Source: Desulfurococcaceae archaeon (GTDB taxonomy: Archaea > Thermoproteota > Thermoprotei_A > Sulfolobales > Desulfurococcaceae). From it: 64,000 nt of DNA. Numbering within the stretch: the first letter of the stretch is position 1; every line of letters begins with the position of its first letter. Of this stretch, positions 40,002-49,954 are shown piece after piece. The position numbers and the translations under genes were made by a program. The notes beneath the pieces are model-generated. The model had not been told where the DNA came from. It worked only from the letters and a program-made list of their open reading frames with translations, and ran no database searches. The DNA lies in NCBI GenBank assembly GCA_038888155.1, contig JAWAJB010000001.1:96001-160000 (forward strand). Reading direction: 5' to 3'.

Positions 40002-40738
40002 ATCCTTACTACCTTCTCCTTTAATTTAATGAAAACTTCTTCGAGGTTAATTGCCTCCAATTTATTCTTGAGGTCTGAAGATGTTCCCTCTCCTATTAGC
40101 TTGCCTTTATATATTATTCCAACTCTCTGTGCAAGGTATTCTACTTCAAGCATGTTGTGACTACTTAGGAGTACTGTTATGTTGTGATCTTTATTGTACT
40201 TCCTTATGAGGTCCCTGACATATAGTGCTCTTTCAACATCTAGCCCTGCGGTGGGCTCATCGAGGAGTAACAGCCTAGGCTTAGAGGCTAAAGTTACGCT
40301 TAGAGCTAATATCCTCTTCATACCCTTGCTGTATGTTCTAACTGGTCTCCTTAAATCCCTTCCAAGACCGCTGATCTTTATGGCCTCCTCTATAGCTTCT
40401 TCTAATAATTTACCAGTAAATCTAATAGAGAGCATAAACTTTATGAAATCTGCCCCAGATAGGTCTCTGTAAGCACCTGCCTCTTCTGGCAAATAGCTCA
40501 TTAGAGACCTCGCCTTTAGGGGGTCCTTGACTACGTCAATGCCATATACTTCAACTTTGCCTCTAGTTGGCTTTATTAGAGTAGCAATAATCCTGAGAGT
40601 TGTTGTCTTGCCGCTACCGTTAGGCCCTATTAGTGCGTATATCTCTCCATGATCTACAGTAAGAGAGAGGTCGCTCAATGCCACAACGTTTCTACCATAT
40701 ACTTTAACGAGGTCGCTAATTGTAACAGCAGGTTGCAT
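39998..40738 (-). CDS. ABC transporter ATP-binding protein (NatA-like)
   Basis: GPNGSGKTT, YSKGM, LLDEPTAGLD and SSHNM motifs. ATGA overlap with the permease. Confidence 0.93.
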   Translation of the reverse strand: MQPAVTISDLVKVYGRNVVALSDLSLTVDHGEIYALIGPNGSGKTTTLRIIATLIKPTRGKVEVYGIDVVKDPLKARSLMSYLPEEAGAYRDLSGADFIKFMLSIRFTGKLLEEAIEEAIKISGLGRDLRRPVRTYSKGMKRILALSVTLASKPRLLLLDEPTAGLDVERALYVRDLIRKYNKDHNITVLLSSHNMLEVEYLAQRVGIIYKGKLIGEGTSSDLKNKLEAINLEEVFIKLKEKVVRI

Positions 40739-40825
40739 ATGACTACACCGCGCTATTTTGTTTGGCGTGCGGTCGGCTTTTGATAAAATAATAGACAGTA
40801 ACTTGCTTATTAAATTAACAAAATT

Positions 40826-42115
40826 GTGTTGAGGATAAAGAATTTGAGGTTTAAGTTGCTCTATATTGTGCTAGATGGTGCCGCCGATAGCCTAAACGAT
40901 CGTCCGACCACTCTCGAGGTCGCAGAAAAGCCTGGGCTAGATGAACTAGCTAGAAGAGGAGCTTGCGGGTTAGTGTACCCTGTTAGCAGAGGTATAGCGC
41001 CCGAGAGCGATTTAGCTGTAATTTCCATACTTGGGTACAACCCCCAAGATGTATATACAGGTAGAGGGCCCCTCGAGGCTCTAGGGGCTGGTCTATGCCT
41101 CAATGAGGAGTTTGAAGTTGCATTTAGGGCGAATTTTGCAACAATAGATGTAAAGTCAAAGAGGATTGTAGACAGAAGAGTTGGAAGAAATTTAAGAACA
41201 GAAGAAGCTGTAGAGCTAGCTAAAGCTCTGAGTAACGTAGAACTTGGCGTGCATGCAGGTTACGCTAAAGTTATTTCAACAATAGGGCATAGAGCTGTTG
41301 TGATCATAGGCAGTAGAGAAAAAAAGCTATCGGCAATGGTTAGCAACAACGACCCTGCATACGTGAGGAAGGGATATGTAAGCGTAGCAGTTGATAGGCC
41401 GGAACACTACATCCGCGAGATAACTGCCATAGAGGACACCCCAGAGGCTCGGGCTACTGCTGAGCTAGCCAACACTTTCTTCAATATAGCTGTTGAGACA
41501 TTATCTACGCATCCAGTTAACATCAAGAGAGTGGAGAGTGGGTTGTTTCCGGCCAACGCAATATTGCTACGCGATGCTGGTAATAAGATCCCAAGAGCAA
41601 CTCCTCTGAGAGAAAAATTTGGCTGCAGGTTCGCCGTGTTAGCAGAGATGCCAGTTGAGATAGGCATTGGAAGAGCCTTTGGAGCTGAAACTATAGCGCT
41701 AGATCCTCCCACCGGCAATACCCAACTTGATTACGAAAAAAGGCTTGACGAAGCGATAAAAGCTACCAAGAGAAGCGACATTGTGTATGTACACCTAAAG
41801 GGTCCAGACGAACCTGGACACGATGGCGATATGGAGCTCAAAAAGAAGCGGATAGAAGAGATTGATAGGTACTTCATGCAACCGCTATTAGAGTACCTAG
41901 ATGATTTATCCATTTTAGTTACAACAGACCATGCCACGCCACCAACTAAGAGGGCGCACACAGATGATCCAGTACCTTTCGCGTTTTATGCCCATAGTGT
42001 AACTCCCGATGAAGCTACTAAATTTACTGAAAGAGAGTGCTCAAAAGGGTCCCTTGGCACAATAGATCATGGCTGGCTTTTGCTACCGATGATACTTAAC
42101 AAGTACCTCAAGTAG
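40826..42115 (+). CDS. apgM: 2,3-bisphosphoglycerate-independent phosphoglycerate mutase (archaeal)
   Basis: VLDGAAD, PESD, YTGRGPLEA, FRANFAT, HLKGPDEPGHDG, TDHATP and HT.DPVP motifs. Confidence 0.93.
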   Translation: MLRIKNLRFKLLYIVLDGAADSLNDRPTTLEVAEKPGLDELARRGACGLVYPVSRGIAPESDLAVISILGYNPQDVYTGRGPLEALGAGLCLNEEFEVAFRANFATIDVKSKRIVDRRVGRNLRTEEAVELAKALSNVELGVHAGYAKVISTIGHRAVVIIGSREKKLSAMVSNNDPAYVRKGYVSVAVDRPEHYIREITAIEDTPEARATAELANTFFNIAVETLSTHPVNIKRVESGLFPANAILLRDAGNKIPRATPLREKFGCRFAVLAEMPVEIGIGRAFGAETIALDPPTGNTQLDYEKRLDEAIKATKRSDIVYVHLKGPDEPGHDGDMELKKKRIEEIDRYFMQPLLEYLDDLSILVTTDHATPPTKRAHTDDPVPFAFYAHSVTPDEATKFTERECSKGSLGTIDHGWLLLPMILNKYLK

Positions 42116-42126
42116 AGTGATCTATT

Positions 42127-43017
42127 TTGAGCGTAGAAGTCGTTGTGCCCTTGCACGTATCTGGTATATGGATCCCTCGGATCTCGGATAATCCGCTTGA
42201 AGCGGGAAGCCTCGGCGCTGGATTAAATCTCGCAATGTATCTAAGGGCTAGAGGCTCTAAAGGACCCTGTAGAATAACATTAGGGGGGGTTAGCGTTCTT
42301 AAAGAGCAGGCAAAGTATATTTGCAGTGAGACGGGCGTAAATGTAGAGACTAGGGCTCTTTCTCCAGTATCGCTAGGACACGGGTTTGCTTTATCAGCTG
42401 CTCTCCTTATATCCCATTCACTTATATCTTACCTACATGTAAACAGGCCACTAATTAAAGCTTTACAGAGAGCCCATACACTTGAGGTACAATACGGTAC
42501 TGGCCTGGGAGACGTAATAGCTGAACATACTGGAGGGTTTGCCGTAAGGGTAAAGCCCGGCGCACCAGGTATAGGGCTCGCTTATAGAATTATTCCTAGG
42601 GAACACGTGTCCCTAGTTGTGGCCGATCTGGGAATAGAGGAGCCTACGTTTAGGATGCTTTCTAAAATGAACCAGGAAATGTACAGCCGAGGCAACATCC
42701 TTCTATCCGAGGTTGTTGAAAAAGAGGACTTGAGGATCTTCTTTGAGTTTTCTAGGATATTCACTAGTATGTTGTTTGATTACAGTGAGATCAATGGTTT
42801 CCTCAAGAGAGTAAAAGGAGTTATTGACTACTACCTCAAGAAATCTGCCCTAATAATATGGGCTGAGCGGGATTTCACCTACGACATTGTTAGCGAGCTT
42901 CGAGGGAAGGGTATTAAAGTGATTCCCACTACTATATCCCCTATAGGGGTCACAATTGTATATACCGGCCAATCACCCTCGAAGACAAAGTCTACTGATA
43001 AGAGAGAAAATGGTTGA
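42127..43017 (+). CDS. Pantoate kinase (GHMP family)
   Basis: [33 protein letters not shown] and R.KPGAPG motifs. Adjacent to phosphopantothenate synthetase. Confidence 0.88.
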   Translation: MSVEVVVPLHVSGIWIPRISDNPLEAGSLGAGLNLAMYLRARGSKGPCRITLGGVSVLKEQAKYICSETGVNVETRALSPVSLGHGFALSAALLISHSLISYLHVNRPLIKALQRAHTLEVQYGTGLGDVIAEHTGGFAVRVKPGAPGIGLAYRIIPREHVSLVVADLGIEEPTFRMLSKMNQEMYSRGNILLSEVVEKEDLRIFFEFSRIFTSMLFDYSEINGFLKRVKGVIDYYLKKSALIIWAERDFTYDIVSELRGKGIKVIPTTISPIGVTIVYTGQSPSKTKSTDKRENG

Positions 43018-43750
43018 GGGGTTCAGAAGAGGTCTTGTTGTTGCAGAGGGCTTAATAGCGCATGGAAGGGGTGAGTGTTTCGACTATTTAATAGGCGAGA
43101 ATACACAGCTTTTTGCTGCCAAAGCTATCGAAGCAGCGATAGCGGCAATGCTCTTAGCAAAGTATCCCGTCATATCTGTTAATGGAAACGTTGCAGCTTT
43201 AGTTCCCCGCGAAATAGTAGAACTTGCAAAGGAAACAAAAGCAAAAATAGAAGTTAATCTCTTTCACAGAACTCGCGAAAGGGAGTCAGCTATCGCAAAG
43301 TGGTTAGCTGAACACGGCGCCACTGAAGTTTTGGGAGAGGGCGACGACGCTGCAGCTACTATACCCGAGCTATTCAGCGAGAGAAGGCGCGTAAGCCCGC
43401 GTGGAATACTTATCGCGGATGTCGTGTTAGTGCCGCTCGAAGATGGGGACCGAACAGAGGCTCTGAGAAAAATGGGGAAAGTGGTTATAACAATAGATTT
43501 GAATCCCCTCTCCAGAACGGCTCGCGCAGCGAATATTACTATAGTGGATAACGTAGTTAGGGCTTTGCCAATGATGGTAGAAAGAGCGAGAGAGTATAAG
43601 GGATATTCCAGCGAAACGCTAAAAAGAATATTAAGTGAGTACGACAATAACAAAATCCTTCAAGATGCCCTAAGACATATCTTAAATAGGCTAAAGGAGC
43701 TGTCTGAGTCCTCGCTCACGGTAGGCACACTGAAACCCGATATACACTAG
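42956..43750 (+). CDS. 4-phosphopantoate--beta-alanine ligase (phosphopantothenate synthetase)
   Basis: [40 protein letters not shown] and IDLNPLSRT motifs. Confidence 0.95.
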   Translation: MYIPANHPRRQSLLIREKMVEGFRRGLVVAEGLIAHGRGECFDYLIGENTQLFAAKAIEAAIAAMLLAKYPVISVNGNVAALVPREIVELAKETKAKIEVNLFHRTRERESAIAKWLAEHGATEVLGEGDDAAATIPELFSERRRVSPRGILIADVVLVPLEDGDRTEALRKMGKVVITIDLNPLSRTARAANITIVDNVVRALPMMVERAREYKGYSSETLKRILSEYDNNKILQDALRHILNRLKELSESSLTVGTLKPDIH

Positions 43751-44252
43751 AGTTATAATGACAAACAGTTTTCCATGTTAGCTACATAATTCACTTACAC
43801 GCTATTGTCTTTGTGCTACGCTTTAGATGGGAATGGGGAAACTAGAGCAGTTTTATGGAGAAGGTATCCGCATTGAGTTTCGCATACGAGTTGTTTCTTC
43901 TTCACTCATTTAAGTAAGTAAAGTGCCTGTGAATTTGCGAATTTTATAGATCTCGTCCTTTTCCAAGACACAGCTTAGGGATATAATGGGAGTTCTTTTG
44001 CTTGATAATAATTGCTTTCAACGCAGTATTTTCATGCCTCTTCCTCGTATATCACTAAATTTTTCACTTCACAATTACCGCCAGAACTGTAATAGCCCCG
44101 CGGCACTCGGTAGCTATATAAGTTCTAGCGTTCGGGCGCAACTCGCCTATAAAATTACAACTTTGCCCAATTCATCGAGGTGATATCCGCTTCTAAGCGT
44201 TTTAAAAATAACATCCTTAAAAACTTATTGATATAATCTACAGAGGGAGTAG

Positions 44253-45173
44253 ATGATTAAGTTATCTATTGCCAACACCTGCTTGGAAATACACGCCAAT
44301 GAAATACACAAACTGAATGAATTCTTTGGCTCGGAATTCGCAAGGAGGTATATTCCCAGTATAAACGTAAGTGAAACTTGTTTGGGGAGTACTTCAGCTG
44401 TAATATACTGGCTAAAGGGAGAGGGGTTCCAAGTTCTCAGCAGTAGTTATTCAAATTACGGGCCCGATGTATATGTAGTGTGCGGCGACTTACCTAGGGC
44501 TTACACAAATGAGTCTCCTATCTTCTTTCTACTTCAAGTTTTGGCGAGAGGACTGGCTAAAGCCGGTCTAGTACTACTAACAGACACTGTTGCTATAACT
44601 ACCAAGAGCAAGAGTATCCTGCTAATGGGATTTCCCCACACTGGTAAAAGCACAATAGCTACAATAGCCGTGAACAATGGTCTTACTGTTCGCTCCACTG
44701 AGAACACCGTTGTGAAAATTAAAGAGAAGTCGCTCAAATTAGTTGGCGGGACAAGGGTTTTAGTATTTGACCCGAAAATTAAAGATCTATACGGGGTAAA
44801 AGTTGAGCCTACTAGTAAAACAAAACACGGGTATGAAATACTAGACCTTGACGCATTAGAGCCTTCTTCAATAAATAAAGGAGAGGTTGGCATTGATGAG
44901 CTCTACGTTATATACACTTCTTTCTCAGCTAAAGGGTCATCAATCTCCCCTATAAAGGGAAGGAAAATTGAAAAACTTATCTGGTACTTTGCTACTAGTC
45001 TAATTAAGGGGCTCGATTACTACGAACCGTATCCGCTAAATCTACCTATAGATCAACCAGTAGCAGAAACCCTTGTAAAATTCGTCGAGATAGTAAAAGA
45101 AAATTACTCAAATAAATTCTACGAAGTCTTCGGATCTCCCCTAGATGTAGTTAAAGCTATTTTAGGAGTATAG
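44253..45173 (+). CDS. P-loop protein, HPr kinase-related fold
   Basis: A hydrophobic strand leads into GFPHTGKST, followed about 15 aa later by STENTVV at the position of the HprK xDD motif. Confidence 0.6.
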   Translation: MIKLSIANTCLEIHANEIHKLNEFFGSEFARRYIPSINVSETCLGSTSAVIYWLKGEGFQVLSSSYSNYGPDVYVVCGDLPRAYTNESPIFFLLQVLARGLAKAGLVLLTDTVAITTKSKSILLMGFPHTGKSTIATIAVNNGLTVRSTENTVVKIKEKSLKLVGGTRVLVFDPKIKDLYGVKVEPTSKTKHGYEILDLDALEPSSINKGEVGIDELYVIYTSFSAKGSSISPIKGRKIEKLIWYFATSLIKGLDYYEPYPLNLPIDQPVAETLVKFVEIVKENYSNKFYEVFGSPLDVVKAILGV

Positions 45174-45176
45174 ATC

Positions 45177-46424
45177 TCACTTTTTTCTTAAGGAGCTAAC
45201 AATGTAGTCCACTACTAGTCTAGCAATTTCGTGCTTGTGTATTAAGCCATCTCTTAGTATGCCGCTACTATCAACAACTATAGCATCTAGGTACTCTTTT
45301 CCAAAGCCAGCTCTCTCTGACACAATGTTATTGGCTACGACTAAGTCTAAGTTGTAATCGGACATTTTTTCTTTGCCCTTTCTCAGCAGCTCCTCGCCGC
45401 TTTGGGACTCTGCAGCAAAGCCTATCAATACGCGAGGTCTCTTAATTATGCTCTTAATAACCTTAGGGGTGGTCTCTAATTCCAATATTAGCTTTGGGGT
45501 GCTTCTCGTTGGGATCTTTACTTCACTCGAGCTAATCGGCCTGAAATCAACGGGAGCACCTGCAAAGACAGCGGCTTCATGAACTTGCTCCTTTGTTAAA
45601 GACTCTATAGCCTTGGCCATGGAATCTGTAGTATCAGCGTACACGGGCTTGACCATGTATGGGATCTCGGTTGCTAGAGGGCCATGAACCAATGTAACTT
45701 CTGCGCCCCTGCACGCTGCCTCCCGCGCAATTAAAACACCCATTAAGCCTGAACTTGGATTGGTAATTACTCTAACGGGATCTATATATTCTCTTGTGGG
45801 TCCAGCTGTAACAATTATTTTTGTCCCCCTTAGATCTCTGCCTCTATTAACGGAGGCATCAATGCAATGCGCTAGGTCATCCAGTGGAGGGTACTTAGCC
45901 TTATCCTCCTCTATTAAAGAGGGTATGATAATAACGCCTTGTTCTTCTAAGACTTCAAGTGATCTCCTGTATTGTGGAGAGCTCATTAATCTTATGTTCA
46001 TTGCTGGGACTACGACAATCCGCTTTCCAGCTCCAAGCATAGTTACAGCAGTTAGTGACAAGAGTTCATCGAGTACCCCAAATGCGATTTTACACATAGT
46101 GTTAAGAGTGGCAGGCGCCACTATAAGTGCGTCTCCCCATTTAGCAAGGTCTATGTGTTCAGTCTCTCCAGTCATCTCAATGTAGGGCTTGTTACCTGTA
46201 GCCCAGTGAAAGAGATCAGGTCCTACTAGTTTAGTTGAAAACCTCGTCATAATTACTTTCAGAGAAGCTCCCATTCTAATTAGTCTTCTAGCTAGATCTA
46301 CAGATCTATATAGCGCAACAGATCCTGTAACACCTAAAACGATGTTCTTTCCGCGCAAGGGTTGATAAGCAAAAGAACTTAACTCTTCGCCTGCAGATAA
46401 TTCCTTTTTCATAATTACCCCCAC
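45177..46424 (-). CDS. coaBC: Bifunctional phosphopantothenoylcysteine decarboxylase/synthetase
   Basis: GVTGSVA, EHIDLA, APAT, PAMN, TAGPTREYIDPVRVITNPSSG and GFAAE motifs. Confidence 0.96.
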   Translation of the reverse strand: MGVIMKKELSAGEELSSFAYQPLRGKNIVLGVTGSVALYRSVDLARRLIRMGASLKVIMTRFSTKLVGPDLFHWATGNKPYIEMTGETEHIDLAKWGDALIVAPATLNTMCKIAFGVLDELLSLTAVTMLGAGKRIVVVPAMNIRLMSSPQYRRSLEVLEEQGVIIIPSLIEEDKAKYPPLDDLAHCIDASVNRGRDLRGTKIIVTAGPTREYIDPVRVITNPSSGLMGVLIAREAACRGAEVTLVHGPLATEIPYMVKPVYADTTDSMAKAIESLTKEQVHEAAVFAGAPVDFRPISSSEVKIPTRSTPKLILELETTPKVIKSIIKRPRVLIGFAAESQSGEELLRKGKEKMSDYNLDLVVANNIVSERAGFGKEYLDAIVVDSSGILRDGLIHKHEIARLVVDYIVSSLRKK

Positions 46425-46458
46425 AGTAATATACAGTAACTAGTTGAGGCTTTTATTT

Positions 46459-46998
46459 ATGGAGGAGGTCCCAATAAATAGCATATATAAGGAGGCACAA
46501 TTGAAGCTTGAAACATCTGCACGCGGCTATAGCGTGCGTAATGCAAGCACTGACGATCTAGATAAAGTAATAGAAATAAACATGGTCTCCCTTCCAGAAC
46601 ATTACCCACGAGTATTCTTCGAAGAGATCTTAGGAGAGTGGGGCAAGGCATTCTACGTGGTCGAGTCGCCTAACCGCGAAATCGTAGGCTACATTATGAC
46701 GAGAATCGAGCTGAAGCCGGCTTTTTTCAAATACTTTTTGGCCAAGAGCGGACACGTAGTTAGTATAGCTGTACTAGAGGAACATAGAAGGCGCGGTCTT
46801 GGCTATGTATTGATGGCTTTCTCCATGAAGAGCATGCACGAAGAGTACAACTGTAGTGAGACGTACCTTGAAGTTAGAGTTTCGAATACGCCCGCAATAA
46901 AATTGTACGAGAAACTCGGCTACAGGAAAGTGAAAATAGAGAGAGGATACTATTTAGATGGCGAGGACGCTTTTGTAATGGCCAGAAGACTTCCATAG
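46459..46998 (+). CDS. N-terminal protein acetyltransferase Ard1/RimI (GNAT)
   Basis: LPEHYP, GHVVSIAV...RRRGLG, YLEVRVSN and YYLDGEDA motifs. Confidence 0.92.
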   Translation: MEEVPINSIYKEAQLKLETSARGYSVRNASTDDLDKVIEINMVSLPEHYPRVFFEEILGEWGKAFYVVESPNREIVGYIMTRIELKPAFFKYFLAKSGHVVSIAVLEEHRRRGLGYVLMAFSMKSMHEEYNCSETYLEVRVSNTPAIKLYEKLGYRKVKIERGYYLDGEDAFVMARRLP

Positions 46999-47056
46999 CT
47001 ATAAAGTATTAAAATTGTTTTTACCCTTGAACTTATTAGGATGGGTGTTTTGCCTC

Positions 47057-48355
47057 ATGGAATTTAAACAAGTGGCAAGCTTATTAAGTGATGCTGCAGT
47101 AGATCAACACGTGTGTATACGTGGATGGGTATACAGAAAAAGTATTGTAGGTAAAAAAGCGTTCATTAGGGTGAGGGATTCCTCGGGTGTTATACAAGTA
47201 GTGATCGACTCCGCAAGGCTAGGCGAACACGTTATTGGAGACCTAGAAGAAACATCCCTTGAGGCAAGCGTTAGTACATGCGGTAAAGTAAAGAAAAGCG
47301 AGAGGGCCCCAGGTGGTTACGAGCTTGAAGCAGACTACTTCACAATTATAGGACCCAGTAGAGACTTTCCCATTAAAGGGGGCGAGGGAGTTGATTATCT
47401 TCTCGATATTCGACATCTATGGATTAGAAGTCCCCTATTCACTAAAGTATTTAAAATAAAGCACACGGTTCTGAAGGCGGGGAGAGACTACTTTAATAAC
47501 AATGGCTGGTGGGAAGTTACACCTCCCATTTTGACTTCGTCAGCGTGCGAGGGAGGAGCTACACTATTTCCCGTGGATTACTTCGGCTCAAAGGCATATC
47601 TAAGTCAGAGTGCCCAACTGTACCTTGAAGTTTTAATATATGTGCTAGAAAAAGTGTGGAGCTTGACTCCAAGTTTCCGGGCAGAGAGGTCAAGGACTAG
47701 GCGCCACCTTGCTGAATATTGGCACCTAGAGCCCGAAGCAGCGTGGTACGACATGAACGACATGATGAAAGTTGCCGAGGAGCTGGTTTCATATATTATC
47801 GAGAGAATTCTTGAGGAGAGAATGGGAGATCTAGTTGAACTAAACAGGAACATCGAGGTCTTGAAGAAGTCTGCTAATATCCCATATCCAAGAATGAAGT
47901 ACGACGAAGCTATTGAGATCCTCCAGAAAAAGGGAATTGACGTTAAGTGGGGAGACGATTTAGGCGCAGATGAAGAAAAGATCCTAACTTCAGATTTTGA
48001 AACGCCAATATTTTTAACACATTTCCCAAAGAACATTAAGAGCTTCTACATGAAGATCGATAGTTCAAGGCCTGACGTTGTGCTAGGTTTCGATCTCCTA
48101 GCCCCTGAGGGCTATGGAGAAATAATAGGGGGCGGTCAACGCGAAGATAGCTATGACATTTTATATAAAAGAATGATTGAACAGGGGTTAAGTCCCAGTG
48201 AATACCAGTGGTACCTTGATCTAAGGAAGTACGGGACAGTTCCCCACAGTGGATTCGGGTTGGGAATTGAGAGAACTGTTATGTGGATAGCAGGGTTAGA
48301 TCATATTAGGGAAACTATACCGTTTCCAAGGTTCAGAGAGAGAATATATCCGTAG
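47057..48355 (+). CDS. asnS: Asparagine--tRNA ligase
   Basis: OB-fold RGWV...RD, RHLWIRS, EGGATLF, YLSQSAQLYLE, FRAERSRTRRHLAEY, EIIGGGQRE and PHSGFGLGIER motifs. Confidence 0.95.
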   Translation: MEFKQVASLLSDAAVDQHVCIRGWVYRKSIVGKKAFIRVRDSSGVIQVVIDSARLGEHVIGDLEETSLEASVSTCGKVKKSERAPGGYELEADYFTIIGPSRDFPIKGGEGVDYLLDIRHLWIRSPLFTKVFKIKHTVLKAGRDYFNNNGWWEVTPPILTSSACEGGATLFPVDYFGSKAYLSQSAQLYLEVLIYVLEKVWSLTPSFRAERSRTRRHLAEYWHLEPEAAWYDMNDMMKVAEELVSYIIERILEERMGDLVELNRNIEVLKKSANIPYPRMKYDEAIEILQKKGIDVKWGDDLGADEEKILTSDFETPIFLTHFPKNIKSFYMKIDSSRPDVVLGFDLLAPEGYGEIIGGGQREDSYDILYKRMIEQGLSPSEYQWYLDLRKYGTVPHSGFGLGIERTVMWIAGLDHIRETIPFPRFRERIYP

Positions 48356-48391
48356 GTAATCGCCATTTTACTAGGAGACAATATCTACAGA

Positions 48392-49045
48392 GTGCTTTCG
48401 AATACATACAACCTGGACTTGAGCAACTTCGTAGCGTGCAAACTACGCGGCGCTACACTGTACGAGTTCTTAGTGGCAACAATACTGAGCCAAAACACTA
48501 CAGATTTGAACGCTTGGAAGGCATATGTAAGCTTGAAGTCTAAATACGGTGTGATAACTCCCGAGAAGATCTCAACGGCTAGCACAGATGAAATTGCCAG
48601 CTTAATAAAAGTTAGCGGCATGCATAGAGAGAGAGCTATTAAAATAAAGGAGCTAGCGAGAACTTTCCTCGAGATAGATATTGAAGAAATTATGCTTAAC
48701 TACATCAAAGGAGGGGACTTTGAAGGCGCTAGGGAGGAGCTTCTCAAGTTGCCTGGAATTGGATATAAGAGCGCGGATATAACTTTACTAATGTACTACG
48801 AAGTACCGGTATTTCCAGTAGATACACACATAGCGAGAATAACGCTACGACTTGGTTACGTTAAAAACTTAAACTACAATGATATCAGAAACTTCTGGAT
48901 GGAGAATACGAACCCTAAGTACTATTTGCCCCTTCACTTACTTCTGATAATACATGGAAGAAATACTTGTAAATCACGCAAACCTATGTGCAGTAAGTGT
49001 AATATTGGGGAACAATGTAGCTTTAATAAGGGCAAGTCAATTTGA
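48392..49045 (+). CDS. nth: Endonuclease III (HhH-GPD, 4Fe-4S); start may be further upstream
   Basis: ILSQNTTD, LPGIGYKSAD, FPVDTH and C-x6-C-x2-C-x5-C motifs. Confidence 0.92.
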   Translation: MLSNTYNLDLSNFVACKLRGATLYEFLVATILSQNTTDLNAWKAYVSLKSKYGVITPEKISTASTDEIASLIKVSGMHRERAIKIKELARTFLEIDIEEIMLNYIKGGDFEGAREELLKLPGIGYKSADITLLMYYEVPVFPVDTHIARITLRLGYVKNLNYNDIRNFWMENTNPKYYLPLHLLLIIHGRNTCKSRKPMCSKCNIGEQCSFNKGKSI

Positions 49046-49908
49046 CGCGAGGATCGCTACTCAAAGAAATAGCAAAGAAATCGCTTGGAGACAACTTCGC
49101 TGCATTAGTGTGGAGGCGAGTTGAGCTCGTAGGGGACATAGCAATCATTCGGGCGCCTTTTAACTTAGAGGCGTCCAGTCTAAAGCCTCTTGGAGAAGAG
49201 CTCCTGAAGACTCTACCATATGTTAAAAGTGTTTGGGCTGCGCTACCAGGAGTTAATGGACAGTTTAGGCTTAGAAGCCACATTTGGTTAGCAGGCGAGC
49301 ACAGGAGCGAAACACTGTACAAAGAACATGGATGCTCGTTCAAGGTTGACATAAATAAGGTTTACTTATCACCGAGTTTAAACTACGAACACATACGTGT
49401 AGCTAAGCAAGTAAAACCAGGCGAGGTCGTTTTAAACATGTTTGCGGGAGCAGGGCTCTTCAGTATTATAATTGCTAAACACGCAAAACCACATAAAGTC
49501 TACAGCATTGATATTAGCCGTGACGCCTATAACTACATGGTTGAAAACATTAAACTGAATAGAGTAGAGGAGATAGTCGTTCCGCTGCTGGGCGACGCCA
49601 AAGACGTAATTGAGTTCAGCCTCAAGAACGTATCTACAAGGGTGTTAATGCCATGCCCAGAACTCGCACTACAGTACTTGCCATACGCGATTAAATCCCT
49701 GTCTGATCAAATGGGGTTTGTACATTTATATTTACACATAAAGGCCAGTAAAGGTGAACACTGGCGAGATAAGGTAACGTCTATGATTACCACTAAATTG
49801 CGTGAGTTGTCGATAGATAAATTTGAGATAATTAATATGAGGAAAATAAGGAATGTCGGACCTAGGACTCATCAGGTTGTTGTTGATTGCGCATTAAATA
49901 AGTGTTAG
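49042..49908 (+). CDS. Trm5/Tyw2-family SAM-dependent tRNA position-37 modifying enzyme
   Basis: VGDIAI, FRLR, ETLYKEHGC, SP....EH.RV, NMFAGAG and RVLMP motifs. Confidence 0.88.
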   Translation: MTRGSLLKEIAKKSLGDNFAALVWRRVELVGDIAIIRAPFNLEASSLKPLGEELLKTLPYVKSVWAALPGVNGQFRLRSHIWLAGEHRSETLYKEHGCSFKVDINKVYLSPSLNYEHIRVAKQVKPGEVVLNMFAGAGLFSIIIAKHAKPHKVYSIDISRDAYNYMVENIKLNRVEEIVVPLLGDAKDVIEFSLKNVSTRVLMPCPELALQYLPYAIKSLSDQMGFVHLYLHIKASKGEHWRDKVTSMITTKLRELSIDKFEIINMRKIRNVGPRTHQVVVDCALNKC

Positions 49909-49954
49909 AAAAATTAGTTACAAAGAAGAGGATTTTGGAGATAGAGGTAATTAA

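Noticed and set aside
43986-44183. 65-aa ORF as a precursor peptide for the HprK-like kinase
   Set aside because: No RiPP leader features or SD, and no PqqD or maturase genes nearby.
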